Shown: piece by piece, positions 1 to 8,671 of the stretch
How the letters are laid out: each line of letters opens with the position of its first letter
Position numbering within the stretch: the first letter of the stretch is position 1
Assembly (NCBI GenBank): GCA_044451405.1
Contig: JBIOKB010000008.1
Location: forward strand, 1-29,744
Reading direction: 5' to 3'
Length of the DNA: 29,744 nucleotides
From: Candidatus Babeliales bacterium
Lineage (GTDB): Bacteria; Babelota; Babeliae; Babelales; Vermiphilaceae
The notes under the pieces: generated by a model
The model's input: the letters and a program-made list of their open reading frames with translations, nothing else
What the model was told of the DNA's origin: nothing
The model's database searches: none
Position numbers and translations under genes: made by a program

Positions 1-17
1 ACTTAGAGATAATAAAA

Positions 18-317
18 ATGGTGAAGTTGAAACTAAAAAATAAAGATAAATTAAAAGTATATAGCCCTACCGAAAAACTTCTCGATGAAGATTTTATCGG
101 CAAGGGAATATTAGAATGTTTAAAAAATAATGATCCAGAAGGTGTTATAGAGATACTCTCTATTTATTTAGCAACGTTAAATAAGATGCGTTATGCGCAA
201 AAAGCAAAGGTTCCACGTTCCACATTGTATGCAAGCCTTAAACAAAAAAATCCTACAATAAAAACACTCGCTAAAATGGTGTATGCTACAAGTATGCCTA
301 CTGCAAAGGCACGGTAA
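18..317 (+). CDS. Putative addiction-module antidote / XRE-like HTH DNA-binding protein
   Basis: 99 aa. C-terminal 'AQKAKVPRSTLYASLKQKNPTIKTLAKM' resembles the HTH + NPT motif of HI1420-type antidote proteins. Any cognate toxin would lie upstream, outside the window. Confidence 0.65.
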   Translation: MVKLKLKNKDKLKVYSPTEKLLDEDFIGKGILECLKNNDPEGVIEILSIYLATLNKMRYAQKAKVPRSTLYASLKQKNPTIKTLAKMVYATSMPTAKAR

Positions 318-333
318 GAATATTATTTACCAA

Positions 334-357
334 CTTGGTGCGCTATAGCGCACTATT
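334..357. repeat. Palindromic repeat family C, copy 1 (possible bidirectional terminator)
   Basis: CTTGGTGCGCTATAGCGCACTATT with a perfect 16-bp palindrome at 338-353, lying between convergent genes. Near-identical flanks recur at 29398-29423. Confidence 0.7.
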
Positions 358-387
358 GGTATGCAGGCCTCACTACTATGCGAAACT

Positions 388-2172
388 CTACTTACCAACT
401 TTCTCACCCGTTTGAATACGCCAGAGCGCCGTATATAACCCATTTTTTCTGACCAGCTCTTCATGGGTTCCCCGTTCAACAATGACCCCTTCATCCATTA
501 CAAAAATCGTATGCGCATTACGCACAATCGATAAGCGGTGGGCAATTACAATCACCGTGTGGCCTTGCGTCATTTTTTCTAACGAACGCTGAATATGGGC
601 TTCTGTTTCATTATCAACCGCTGATGTTGCTTCATCAAAAATAAAAATCGGCGGATTTTTTAGTAATGCGCGCGCAATAGAAATACGCTGCCGTTGGCCC
701 CCTGATAGTTTACCACCACGTTCTCCAATTAAGGTATCATACCCCTCAGGCAATTGCATAATAAAATCATGCGCTTCGGCTATATGCGCTGCACGTTCAA
801 TAGCAGCATCATCAGCATCAAACGTACCATAGGCGATATTTTCTTTTACCGTATCATTAAAGAGAAACACTTCTTGGCTTACTAATCCAATAGCTTTACG
901 CAAATCATCAATGTTAATGGCGGCAATATCACGACCATCAAGCAGAATAGTACCACTCGACGGATCATAAAAACGCAAAAGCAATTTAATCAACGTACTT
1001 TTACCCGATCCGGTAGCACCAACAAAGGCAACGGTGGTTCCTGGTTCTATCTCAAGATTTAAATGATCAAAAATATGGACACCATTCGGGTAAAAAAATG
1101 TGACTTCTTTAAATTCAATATGTCCTTTCACGCTGCTCACATCAAGTGGCTTATTTCCACGAATTTTAACCGTTTGCTTAATCTGTAATAACTCCATCAC
1201 CCGGCGCGTTGAAGCCATAGCGCGCTCATAGCGGTCAACCATTTCAGCAAGCTCGGTAAATGGCCATAAAAAGCGCTGTGTTTGGAAAATGAGCATGCTA
1301 TAGACGCCAATATCTAATACCCCTTTAAATACTTGCAACCCGCCTAAGATAATAGTTGCAATAAATCCCAATGCTAAAATAAGACGCACGACCGGAACAA
1401 ATGCAGCACTCACTGCTATAGCGCGTGCATTAGCTTCTTTATACGCTTTACTCTCCCCTTTAACACGCTCTATCTCATATGCCTGTGCCGTATAACTTTT
1501 AATGGTCATAATACCCATGATGTTATTTACTAACCGTGCTGCAATCATGCTTGCTTTTTCACGCACCTGTACATACCGTGGCTGTAAACTACGCTGAAAA
1601 AAAAGCGTGGTGAGCACAATAAATGGCACTGGGATAAGCACAAACACCGCAATCATGGGTGAAAAATAAAAAAAGATGCATAAGATAATGGTAGTGCTGG
1701 TAAATAATTGAATGAATTGATTAATTCCTGAATCCAAAAACCGCTCTAATTGATTAATATCATCATTGAGTATGGAAAGCAATCGTCCGGTACTTACTTC
1801 TTCATGATACGCCATTTCAAGTTGTTGAATATGTTCATACGCATTTAAGCGAAGTTCATGCTGTACCGTTTGCGCTAAATTACGCCATAACAGGTAATAA
1901 CAATATTCAAATACTGATTCAAAAAACCAGACAACAAAGGTTAAGCATCCCAGAAGTATCAATTGTGTTTTAACATCAGTGATCCCCATGCGCGATAACA
2001 AGGAGTGATCTTGTTGTACTACAACGTTAACAGCAATACCGATAAGAATTTCGGGCAAAATATCAAAACACATATTAAGAATTGAACAGAGAGTAGCAAG
2101 CGCCATCTTAATGCGATAGGGCCTCATATAATGCAACAAATTTGCTAATGGGGATGCGGTGGTAACCATCAC
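388..2172 (-). CDS. ABC transporter, fused permease/ATP-binding protein (MsbA/MdlB-like exporter)
   Basis: N-terminal TM domain, Walker A GATGSGKST, signature LSGGQRQR, Walker B IFIFDEATS and H-loop IAHRLS. Confidence 0.93.
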   Translation of the reverse strand: MMVTTASPLANLLHYMRPYRIKMALATLCSILNMCFDILPEILIGIAVNVVVQQDHSLLSRMGITDVKTQLILLGCLTFVVWFFESVFEYCYYLLWRNLAQTVQHELRLNAYEHIQQLEMAYHEEVSTGRLLSILNDDINQLERFLDSGINQFIQLFTSTTIILCIFFYFSPMIAVFVLIPVPFIVLTTLFFQRSLQPRYVQVREKASMIAARLVNNIMGIMTIKSYTAQAYEIERVKGESKAYKEANARAIAVSAAFVPVVRLILALGFIATIILGGLQVFKGVLDIGVYSMLIFQTQRFLWPFTELAEMVDRYERAMASTRRVMELLQIKQTVKIRGNKPLDVSSVKGHIEFKEVTFFYPNGVHIFDHLNLEIEPGTTVAFVGATGSGKSTLIKLLLRFYDPSSGTILLDGRDIAAINIDDLRKAIGLVSQEVFLFNDTVKENIAYGTFDADDAAIERAAHIAEAHDFIMQLPEGYDTLIGERGGKLSGGQRQRISIARALLKNPPIFIFDEATSAVDNETEAHIQRSLEKMTQGHTVIVIAHRLSIVRNAHTIFVMDEGVIVERGTHEELVRKNGLYTALWRIQTGEKVGK

Positions 2173-2324
2173 TCTCTCCTCTTAAATGTTCTATGATTGT
2201 TGATGTAATATGTTACATCAGCATGAGCATAGCAAAAATGTCTATTAGAAAGAAAGTATCGAGAATTGCTCTTTACAAACATATAAATGATACGCCGTTC
2301 GCACTGAGCTTGCCAACATAGTGG

Positions 2325-2348
2325 GCTGGTGTGCATCAGCACACCAGC
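2325..2348. repeat. 10-bp perfect hairpin (family C-like variant; possible terminator of the ABC-2 operon)
   Basis: GCTGGTGTGC-ATCA-GCACACCAGC, ~27 nt past the permease stop on the minus strand. Confidence 0.55.
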
Positions 2349-2374
2349 GTCGAGAAATAGAGAGTATGGAGTTA

Positions 2375-3163
2375 TTAACCGGTTAAACGAGCAAGCCCTT
2401 CAGCGCGGCTTTTTTCATACATACGACAAAAAAGCATAAGTGCTAGGACAAAATAACCAACATTGAGTACGATACTCATAATAAGATACTGAGTAGGAAA
2501 CGTACCCGTTTCAACTACCATACGAATGGCATCAAAAATATAGGACATGGGTAACATACGCGCGATACATTGTGCCCAGACTGGTAATACATCAAGGGCA
2601 TAGTAAATACCGCTAAATGGCGCAAATACCCAGCCAATCATATAGACCAGTGGCTCGATACGTACACCCCAGTAAATGAGTAACGATGCGGCAAAAAATC
2701 CTATAGAAAGTCCCGAAACAAAAAGACAAATAAGCATCGGGAGTAACGACCACCCTAACGATACCATAGAAAAGGCGTACAACAACCACACAATGGTGGT
2801 AAGAAAGAGCGTAATCACACTCAACGTAATAAAGGCTAACAAAATAACCGCCATGATCCACTCAGCAAGTTGCAGCGGCGTTGAAAAGAGGTTGCCTACG
2901 TTGTAGGACCAAATTTCTTCAAGCAAGTTAAGGGAAATATCATAATTGGCGCGTACGGTAATCTGCCATAACACAGCACCAATAAGTAATGAAAGACCAA
3001 CATGGGACAAACCGCCGGTATCAGATTGTACCCACAGTCCGGAGTATCCCCATAAGATAATCTCTTCAAACGGCCAATAAAAAATAACCGTTAATCGAGA
3101 AAAATCATGAATTATGTGACGCAGGTGGCGGAGAGTTATGGCCCACACCCGGTAAAATTCCAT
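2375..3163 (-). CDS. ABC-2 type transporter permease
   Basis: About six hydrophobic segments. 'FSGIYYALDVLPVWAQCIARMLPMSYIFDAIR' is typical of ABC-2 permeases. Adjacent to the ATPase gene. Confidence 0.88.
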   Translation of the reverse strand: MEFYRVWAITLRHLRHIIHDFSRLTVIFYWPFEEIILWGYSGLWVQSDTGGLSHVGLSLLIGAVLWQITVRANYDISLNLLEEIWSYNVGNLFSTPLQLAEWIMAVILLAFITLSVITLFLTTIVWLLYAFSMVSLGWSLLPMLICLFVSGLSIGFFAASLLIYWGVRIEPLVYMIGWVFAPFSGIYYALDVLPVWAQCIARMLPMSYIFDAIRMVVETGTFPTQYLIMSIVLNVGYFVLALMLFCRMYEKSRAEGLARLTG

Positions 3164-4118
3164 GGGAATCCTCTAATTTTATAAGATGAACAAAATAATC
3201 TTCTAAGGTCGGTTTTTGTATAGAAATATGGGAATATTCAATCCCCATGCGCGCAAGCACGGTAAGAAATTCAGCAATGGCATGTTCTTCAAGTTCAATA
3301 ACAATGGTATCTTCCTGCACCGTATGAGGAAGCTCTAATTCACGCGCGTAAGCAATAGCACGCTCCCTATCATCACCTAAGCGTAATTGTATACGAGCAC
3401 GTGCAATGCTACGTGCTAAAAATTCTGGCGTATTATGCGCGATAATGGTGCCCTTTTTTAAGAACATGACCCGCTCACATACTTGTGAAACTTCGTACAT
3501 GTTATGTGATGTAATCAAAAATGAAACACCAAACTCTTTTTGCTGTTGTAATACAAAGCTACGAATATCATAGGCAACATCAGGATCAAGTGATGCGGTC
3601 GGTTCATCCAGCAATACAATTTTAGGATCGGCAAGAAAGGCTTTTGCAAGCATAACACGGGTAGATTCACCAGCAGAAAGTACTCCTACTTCTCGGTCAC
3701 GCAAATGCCACATACCAAAAAAGCGTAAATAATGTTCTATTTTTTCAGCCCGACGTGCATGAGATAATCCATATAAACGGCCATAAACGTCCAGATTATC
3801 CATGACCGTTAAGCGAGGTGGCAATTTAACATAGGTACTGGCAAAGCCAACATGTTGCAAGATAGTTGAACGATCAGTAAAGAGATTTTTGCCAAAATAA
3901 TGTATGGATCCGGCCGTCGGTGTTAACGTAGAAAGCAACATGTGAATGATGGTTGTTTTACCTGATCCGTTAGGACCAAGAAGCCCGAGAATTTCCCCTT
4001 CCTTGATGGAGAAAGAAACATCTGAAACAGCGGTACACCCTTGGCGTGTTACTGCCCCCCATAGGTTCTTTTTTTCTGGGAAAATCTTAGTTAATCCATC
4101 AACCTGTAATACTGCCAT
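3105..4118 (-). CDS. ABC-2 type transporter ATP-binding protein
   Basis: Walker A GPNGSGKTT, signature variant LSAGE, LLDEPT and C-terminal PTLEDYF. Start is ATG 4118 or GTG 4130. Confidence 0.92.
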   Translation of the reverse strand: MAVLQVDGLTKIFPEKKNLWGAVTRQGCTAVSDVSFSIKEGEILGLLGPNGSGKTTIIHMLLSTLTPTAGSIHYFGKNLFTDRSTILQHVGFASTYVKLPPRLTVMDNLDVYGRLYGLSHARRAEKIEHYLRFFGMWHLRDREVGVLSAGESTRVMLAKAFLADPKIVLLDEPTASLDPDVAYDIRSFVLQQQKEFGVSFLITSHNMYEVSQVCERVMFLKKGTIIAHNTPEFLARSIARARIQLRLGDDRERAIAYARELELPHTVQEDTIVIELEEHAIAEFLTVLARMGIEYSHISIQKPTLEDYFVHLIKLEDSHGILPGVGHNSPPPASHNS

Positions 4119-4226
4119 TCTTTTTACCACGCAATTTGAGTGCGTTAACGTCCCTACTGATCATATAGTATGTTGTTTATTCTATTATCATAAGATTATC
4201 AAGAAATAATAGAGTTGATTTGCAAA

Positions 4227-4307
4227 CCCCCGTCTACGCTTCAGCGAATAAACAGTGCGCTCATGCGTACCACGTTGAAGCATAGTTAAGCTTCGCCGGG
4301 CTGCGCC
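4227..4307 (+). repeat. Palindromic repeat family A, free-standing copy with a nested family C hairpin
   Basis: CCCCGTCTACGCT...AAGCTTCGCCGGGCTGCGCC. Ends match the family A copies at 20190-20254, 23478-23537 and 6693-6754. Confidence 0.65.
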
Positions 4308-4469
4308 TCCCTCGCCTCCTTACTATTGAGTATTAACCCAATTGTAAGTATTTTAAGATTAAATACAAGTTTATTTGCTCCCTATGGACCTATCCTGCAC
4401 CATTTGACTAACTGGCATAAATATTTAAGCTTGTAAGTAAGCAAATATTCAAAAAAGTGGAGTTATCCC

Positions 4470-5438
4470 ATGGTTAAAAAAATTACCCTATTTAAAGGAG
4501 CACTTATAGCTCTGGCAGCCGGATTACTCGGCCTATTTGCCCTCTATAATCCTTGTACCCGCGCTATTTTTACTTCTAAGCACACAGCTCATATGACTGC
4601 TAGTCAAAAATTAGCTAAAAAAGTTAAGCCCTCTACCGTAATTTTTGACCTCAACGGGGTACTCTTTACCATCAGTAAGAAAAAGGCTATGGGTCAGTTA
4701 GGATTCCTTGATATTATTTCCTACACTGCCATGGGGAGAAGTCTGACCGATTTAGAAGATACGATCTTTGATGTACTCGATCAATTAAGGCCTTACTTTA
4801 AATGCTACCATTGTGCGCACGAGAATGATGAACATGATGAGTTAATCCCGCTCCACAAAGGTAAACCTTTGCCGCACATCATGCGTGATTGGATGCAAGG
4901 TGAAATCAGTGGTGAAGAAATTTTAGCAAAAGCATTACCATACGTTGACAAACTTGATGCTGAAAAACAGTTCTGTAACAAACAGGAAAAGCGATTAGTT
5001 AAACGCACTATAGAAATGTTATTTGATCCAGAAATTCGCGCTGATGTCAGCAAACCAATAAAAGCAGGTGTAAAATTAGTTGAAAGATGTAAGCGATTAG
5101 GACACAAAGTGTATCTCATGTCTAACATGGATATAGAATTTGTGGATTTACTCAAAGAAAAATACCCAGAAATTTTTGATCAATTTGATGGCGTGATTAT
5201 ATCAGCTGATGTTAAAAAATTAAAGCCGTATAGAGACATCTATACGCATACACTCAAGAAATACAAAATCAATCCAGCAACCTGTTATTTAATTGATGAC
5301 CAAGAAGAAAATATTCAGGGCGCCCATCGTCATGGCATTACCGGTATTTTGTGTGATTTCCATCACTACAAAGAAGTGCGTAATGAATTGCGGAAGTATG
5401 GCGTGCTGCCACCGCTGAAGAAAAAGAAGCAACATTAA
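4470..5438 (+). CDS. HAD-superfamily hydrolase (HAD-IA, YihX-like) with N-terminal signal/anchor
   Basis: Motif I VIFDLNGVL, motif II LMSN, motif III KP and motif IV IDDQEENI. Hydrophobic N-terminus. SD GGAG upstream. Confidence 0.85.
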   Translation: MVKKITLFKGALIALAAGLLGLFALYNPCTRAIFTSKHTAHMTASQKLAKKVKPSTVIFDLNGVLFTISKKKAMGQLGFLDIISYTAMGRSLTDLEDTIFDVLDQLRPYFKCYHCAHENDEHDELIPLHKGKPLPHIMRDWMQGEISGEEILAKALPYVDKLDAEKQFCNKQEKRLVKRTIEMLFDPEIRADVSKPIKAGVKLVERCKRLGHKVYLMSNMDIEFVDLLKEKYPEIFDQFDGVIISADVKKLKPYRDIYTHTLKKYKINPATCYLIDDQEENIQGAHRHGITGILCDFHHYKEVRNELRKYGVLPPLKKKKQH

Positions 5439-6013
5439 GCGTCACCTAATCGTAGATATCCCTTAATATTATTCCTATGCAAGAACAACCCCCATGCAGC
5501 CATGCAGAATACAAACAGCACCATGGGTTTATCGTCATGCAGAAACAACCATGAACAGAATGGCGCTATCAGCAGTATTACCACTGAAGCAATGCCCACA
5601 ACTTTGGTGTACCAGAGCATAAAAAACCAACTGAGTGCTGCGCAGCATAACAATGGTGGGTTAAGTGTTAGCAAGATGCCAAAACTAGTCGCTACCCCTT
5701 TTCCGCCACTACCACGCAAGAAAATTGAACAGCCGTTGCCAATAAGTAACGCCCCAGCAGCGAGTAAGCAGACTGTAGTTGCGTACCCACAATGCGCGAG
5801 CAGCGTAAGCCATGCGTAGGCTTTGAGCATGTCAGCAACAAACACAAGCACAAAATAATGTTTGCCTAACACACGCGCTACATTAGTTGCGCCAATATTC
5901 CCTGATCCGTGCGCACGAATATCAGCAATGCCAGCTAAACGTGCAATAAGAAATCCAGACGGAATTGAACCAATGAGATATGAAATAATAAGAATAAGAA
6001 TTTCTGCTATCAT
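5435..6013 (-). CDS. plsY: Glycerol-3-phosphate acyltransferase PlsY
   Basis: Motifs YLIGSIPSG, DIRAHGSGNIGATNVAR, GGKGVAT and HRNNI. Confidence 0.95.
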   Translation of the reverse strand: MIAEILILIISYLIGSIPSGFLIARLAGIADIRAHGSGNIGATNVARVLGKHYFVLVFVADMLKAYAWLTLLAHCGYATTVCLLAAGALLIGNGCSIFLRGSGGKGVATSFGILLTLNPPLLCCAALSWFFMLWYTKVVGIASVVILLIAPFCSWLFLHDDKPMVLFVFCMAAWGLFLHRNNIKGYLRLGDA

Positions 6014-6600
6014 ACACCCTCGTTATGCTCCCTAAGCTTGGTGATAAACGCTCTGTAATAACAGTAGGCTGAAACTAACGACAACATCAGCGTCACTGCC
6101 AGCAACCCGGTTTCTACGCCATTCCACCAGATCCCGTTATCAACAAATCCGAGCCCTTGATAGGGATTAACAATTGCTACCGTCAAATAAATCATCTGCA
6201 ATGCCGTTTTTAATTTACCAAGCCAAGCTACATGGACCATCAACCCTTTTTCCAGCGCTATTTGTCGTAAACCCATGACAAAAAACTCACGCCCAATAAA
6301 GATGATCACCCAATAAAAGTAGATTTTGTGCACTGCAAGTAAAGCAACAAGCACTGAGAAAACCAAAAATTTATCGGCCAGCGGATCTAACGCTTTGCCC
6401 ATGGCAGTTTCTTGTCGCAAGCGGCGCGCTAGATAGCCATCAAAAAAATCGGTCAAACTAAAAAAGATAAATAGCAGTGCGAGCAGACTGTTGAGGATGA
6501 TGCTATTGAGGGGAAGCAAGTATACCAAGAGTAATGGCAATATGATGGGAGAAAGGATTAAGCGTATGAGGGTTAGGAATGTAGGGAAGTTTGGTTTCAT
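6010..6600 (-). CDS. pgsA: CDP-diacylglycerol--glycerol-3-phosphate 3-phosphatidyltransferase
   Basis: CDP-alcohol phosphotransferase motif TDFFDGYLARR...GKALDPLADK, plus GKLKT. 4-nt overlap with plsY. Confidence 0.95.
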   Translation of the reverse strand: MKPNFPTFLTLIRLILSPIILPLLLVYLLPLNSIILNSLLALLFIFFSLTDFFDGYLARRLRQETAMGKALDPLADKFLVFSVLVALLAVHKIYFYWVIIFIGREFFVMGLRQIALEKGLMVHVAWLGKLKTALQMIYLTVAIVNPYQGLGFVDNGIWWNGVETGLLAVTLMLSLVSAYCYYRAFITKLREHNEGV

Positions 6601-6613
6601 GGAGTTTTATGGT

Positions 6614-6662
6614 ATCCCTCGTTACATTTTCAAGCAAGCTTGAAAACACTCGGGACGAACGG
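6614..6662. repeat. Palindromic repeat family B, copy 1
   Basis: ATCCCTCGTTACA-[TTTTCAAGC-AA-GCTTGAAAA]-CACTCGGGACGAACGG. Same flanks at 8431-8474. Confidence 0.8.
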
Positions 6663-6692
6663 GTTTATAAATCTTTTCACTTAAACAAAGAC

Positions 6693-6751
6693 ATGGCGCT
6701 AGCCTGACGGAGCCTAATCACACTTCAAAGTCATTCCCTAAGGCGAAGACA
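6693..6751 (-). repeat. Family A element abutting the tRNA-Met 3' end
   Basis: 47/57 ungapped identity (manual alignment) to 23478-23534. Bracketed by the direct repeat AAGACATGGCG at 6688-6698 and 6746-6756. Confidence 0.8.
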
Positions 6752-6825
6752 TGGCGACGCAGGGATTCGAACCCCGGACCTACGGATTATGATTCCGCCG
6801 CTCTAACCAACTGAGCTACGTCGCC
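6752..6825 (-). tRNA. tRNA-Met (CAT), elongator type; CCA not encoded
   Basis: Minus strand reads GGCGACGTAGCTCAGTTGGTTAGAGCGGCGGAATCATAATCCGTAGGTCCGGGGTTCGAATCCCTGCGTCGCCA. It folds as a cloverleaf with paired G1-C72 and lacks the initiator GGG/CCC anticodon stem. Confidence 0.93.
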
Positions 6826-6866
6826 AAAAGGTGTAAAATGTCTCTGTAAAATATCTTAGTAGTATA

Positions 6867-8411
6867 CTAAATTCTAAGCTTTTGAATATTAAAATTGCTC
6901 AGCATAAAGTTGAAAATCGACTTCAGGAAGAACAATCCAGTTACCAAGGTGGAGATGATACCAAGCATCATGGTAACGGCAAATCCTTGAATTGGTCCGG
7001 TACCAAATTTATAGAGCACGGCACCGACAATAAAGGTGGTAATATTAGAATCTAAAATTACTCGCAATGCATCAGCAAACCCTGCATCAACCGCTTTTTT
7101 AATCGGCATGCCTGATTTTATATCATCTCTGATGCTTTCAAAGATTAAGATCGATGCGTCAATAGCCATACCAACCGTAAGCACTATACCCGCAATACCA
7201 GGAAGCGTGAGTGTTGCTTTAAGCCAAGCCATGCCAAGCAAGATTAAAATCAGGTTACAAATTAAGGTAATAAAGGCAAAGATGCCACATACTTTATACA
7301 CGATAACGCTAAAGAGAAATAAGAGTGCTAACCCAACTAAGCAAGAAAGCATCCCTTGGCGAACAGATTCATGTCCTAATGATGGACCAACTTGACGCTC
7401 TTCTTCAAACGTTACGGGTGCAACAAATGAACCGGATTTTAATAACACAGAAAGTTCACGCGCTTGCTCTGGGGTAAATGAACCACTAATTTGGCCATGA
7501 TCACGAATACTTGCTTGAATAACTGCTGCAGTAATAATAACGCCATCGAGTTCAACTGCTAACGTACGTTGATAATTGCGGCTGGTAAGTTCATAGAATT
7601 TGTGACCACCTTCTGGTGTTAAGGTAAAGGCAACTACCATTTGACCATGTTGAGAATCAAATTGCGGATGTGCATCTTTTAAATATTTACCCGATAATGC
7701 GGCACGTTTTGAAACTAAATAATACCGTTTATAATCACCACTTTCTTTGCCCGGAAGAATTTCCATACCAGCAGGTAATTCACCATCATATTCATAGAGA
7801 ATATCATCGGGTGTGCTTCCTTCTTTTTCTACAATCTTAAATTCAAGCACCGCTGCGGTACCAATCATTGCTTTTGCTTGCTGAGGATCAGATACGTCAG
7901 GCAATTCAACCACGATATTTTTTTCACCATGGGATGCGATAGAAATTTCAGCAACGCTTAATTTATCAAGACGGGTACGCAATACTTCGATATTACGCAA
8001 CACCGCATCTTCTTTAATGCGCTTTATCTTACTTTCGGTAAATTTAATAACAATATCATTACCAGAGGTGGTAAGGGTAATGTCAGGAGATCGTAATACG
8101 TTGGACGCTGCTTGTACGTGCGCTGCAGAATCAAAGGTTAAAATTAATGAATTTCCTTGAAAATCAGCCGTTTTTGGTGCCGCATTTTTGGTCTCTTTTA
8201 ATTTTGCATGCACCTGTTCAAGACGATCATGCAATTCTGCTTCAACGGCTTTTTCTGTTTGCACTTCAAGCGTTATATACGTTCCGCCAACTAAATCGAT
8301 ACCAAAGCGTAACTTCTCACGCAGGGGAAGTAAAAAATAAAGGCTTAATGCAAGCCCTGCTATCCACAATCCTAATCCCGAAAACGCCATCTTCTTTAAT
8401 GATATGTTCAT
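6867..8411 (-). CDS. secD: Protein translocase subunit SecD
   Basis: GIDLVGG, VGPSLG, TLTLPGIAGIVLTVGMAIDASILIFE, DSNITT and GTGPIQGFAVT. Confidence 0.96.
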   Translation of the reverse strand: MNISLKKMAFSGLGLWIAGLALSLYFLLPLREKLRFGIDLVGGTYITLEVQTEKAVEAELHDRLEQVHAKLKETKNAAPKTADFQGNSLILTFDSAAHVQAASNVLRSPDITLTTSGNDIVIKFTESKIKRIKEDAVLRNIEVLRTRLDKLSVAEISIASHGEKNIVVELPDVSDPQQAKAMIGTAAVLEFKIVEKEGSTPDDILYEYDGELPAGMEILPGKESGDYKRYYLVSKRAALSGKYLKDAHPQFDSQHGQMVVAFTLTPEGGHKFYELTSRNYQRTLAVELDGVIITAAVIQASIRDHGQISGSFTPEQARELSVLLKSGSFVAPVTFEEERQVGPSLGHESVRQGMLSCLVGLALLFLFSVIVYKVCGIFAFITLICNLILILLGMAWLKATLTLPGIAGIVLTVGMAIDASILIFESIRDDIKSGMPIKKAVDAGFADALRVILDSNITTFIVGAVLYKFGTGPIQGFAVTMMLGIISTLVTGLFFLKSIFNFMLSNFNIQKLRI

Positions 8412-8430
8412 GCCTGACTCCTCTTATTGA

Positions 8431-8474
8431 ATCCCTCGCTACAAATTTCTACGAAATTCACTCGGGATGAACGG
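8431..8474. repeat. Palindromic repeat family B, copy 2
   Basis: ATCCCTCGCTACA-[AATTTC-TAC-GAAATT]-CACTCGGGATGAACGG. Confidence 0.8.
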
Positions 8475-8517
8475 TTTTATATAACTTTTTTAATTTCAAT
8501 TCTTATTGGGTGAAGAT

Positions 8518-8604
8518 TGGTGCCGAGGAGGGGACTCGAACCCCTACAGGATTTCTCCCACAGCCACCTCAAGGCTGCGTGTATACCAGTTTCACCACCT
8601 CGGC
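8518..8604 (-). tRNA. tRNA-Leu (GAG)
   Basis: Minus strand reads GCCGAGGTGGTGAAACTGGTATACACGCAGCCTTGAGGTGGCTG...GGTTCGAGTCCCCTCCTCGGCACCA. Long variable arm; CCA encoded. Confidence 0.95.
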
Positions 8605-8625
8605 AAAAGCAAAAATATGCTGGTA

Positions 8626-8654
8626 AATGTAGCACAATTGAGGCTAAGGAGCAA
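8626..8654 (-). promoter_or_regulatory. Putative sigma70 promoter for tRNA-Leu/secD
   Basis: TTGCTC-17 nt-TACATT with a TG extension, ~20 nt upstream of the tRNA. Confidence 0.45.
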
Positions 8655-8671
8655 TAAGAAATCTGTTCACA

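Noticed and set aside
3105-3163. 59-nt overlap between the ABC ATPase and permease as a frameshift/pseudogene
   Set aside because: Both ORFs are intact with all motifs. The overlap is only a short low-complexity C-terminal extension containing the permease RBS.
5405-5438. PPLKKKK C-terminus of the HAD protein as a nuclear localisation signal
   Set aside because: Lys-rich tails are common in AT-rich genomes, and there is no independent support.
6688-6756. Direct repeat of the tRNA end as a prophage/genomic-island attL/attR
   Set aside because: The repeats are only 58 bp apart and there is no integrase or cargo. Reported instead as the family A mini-element.
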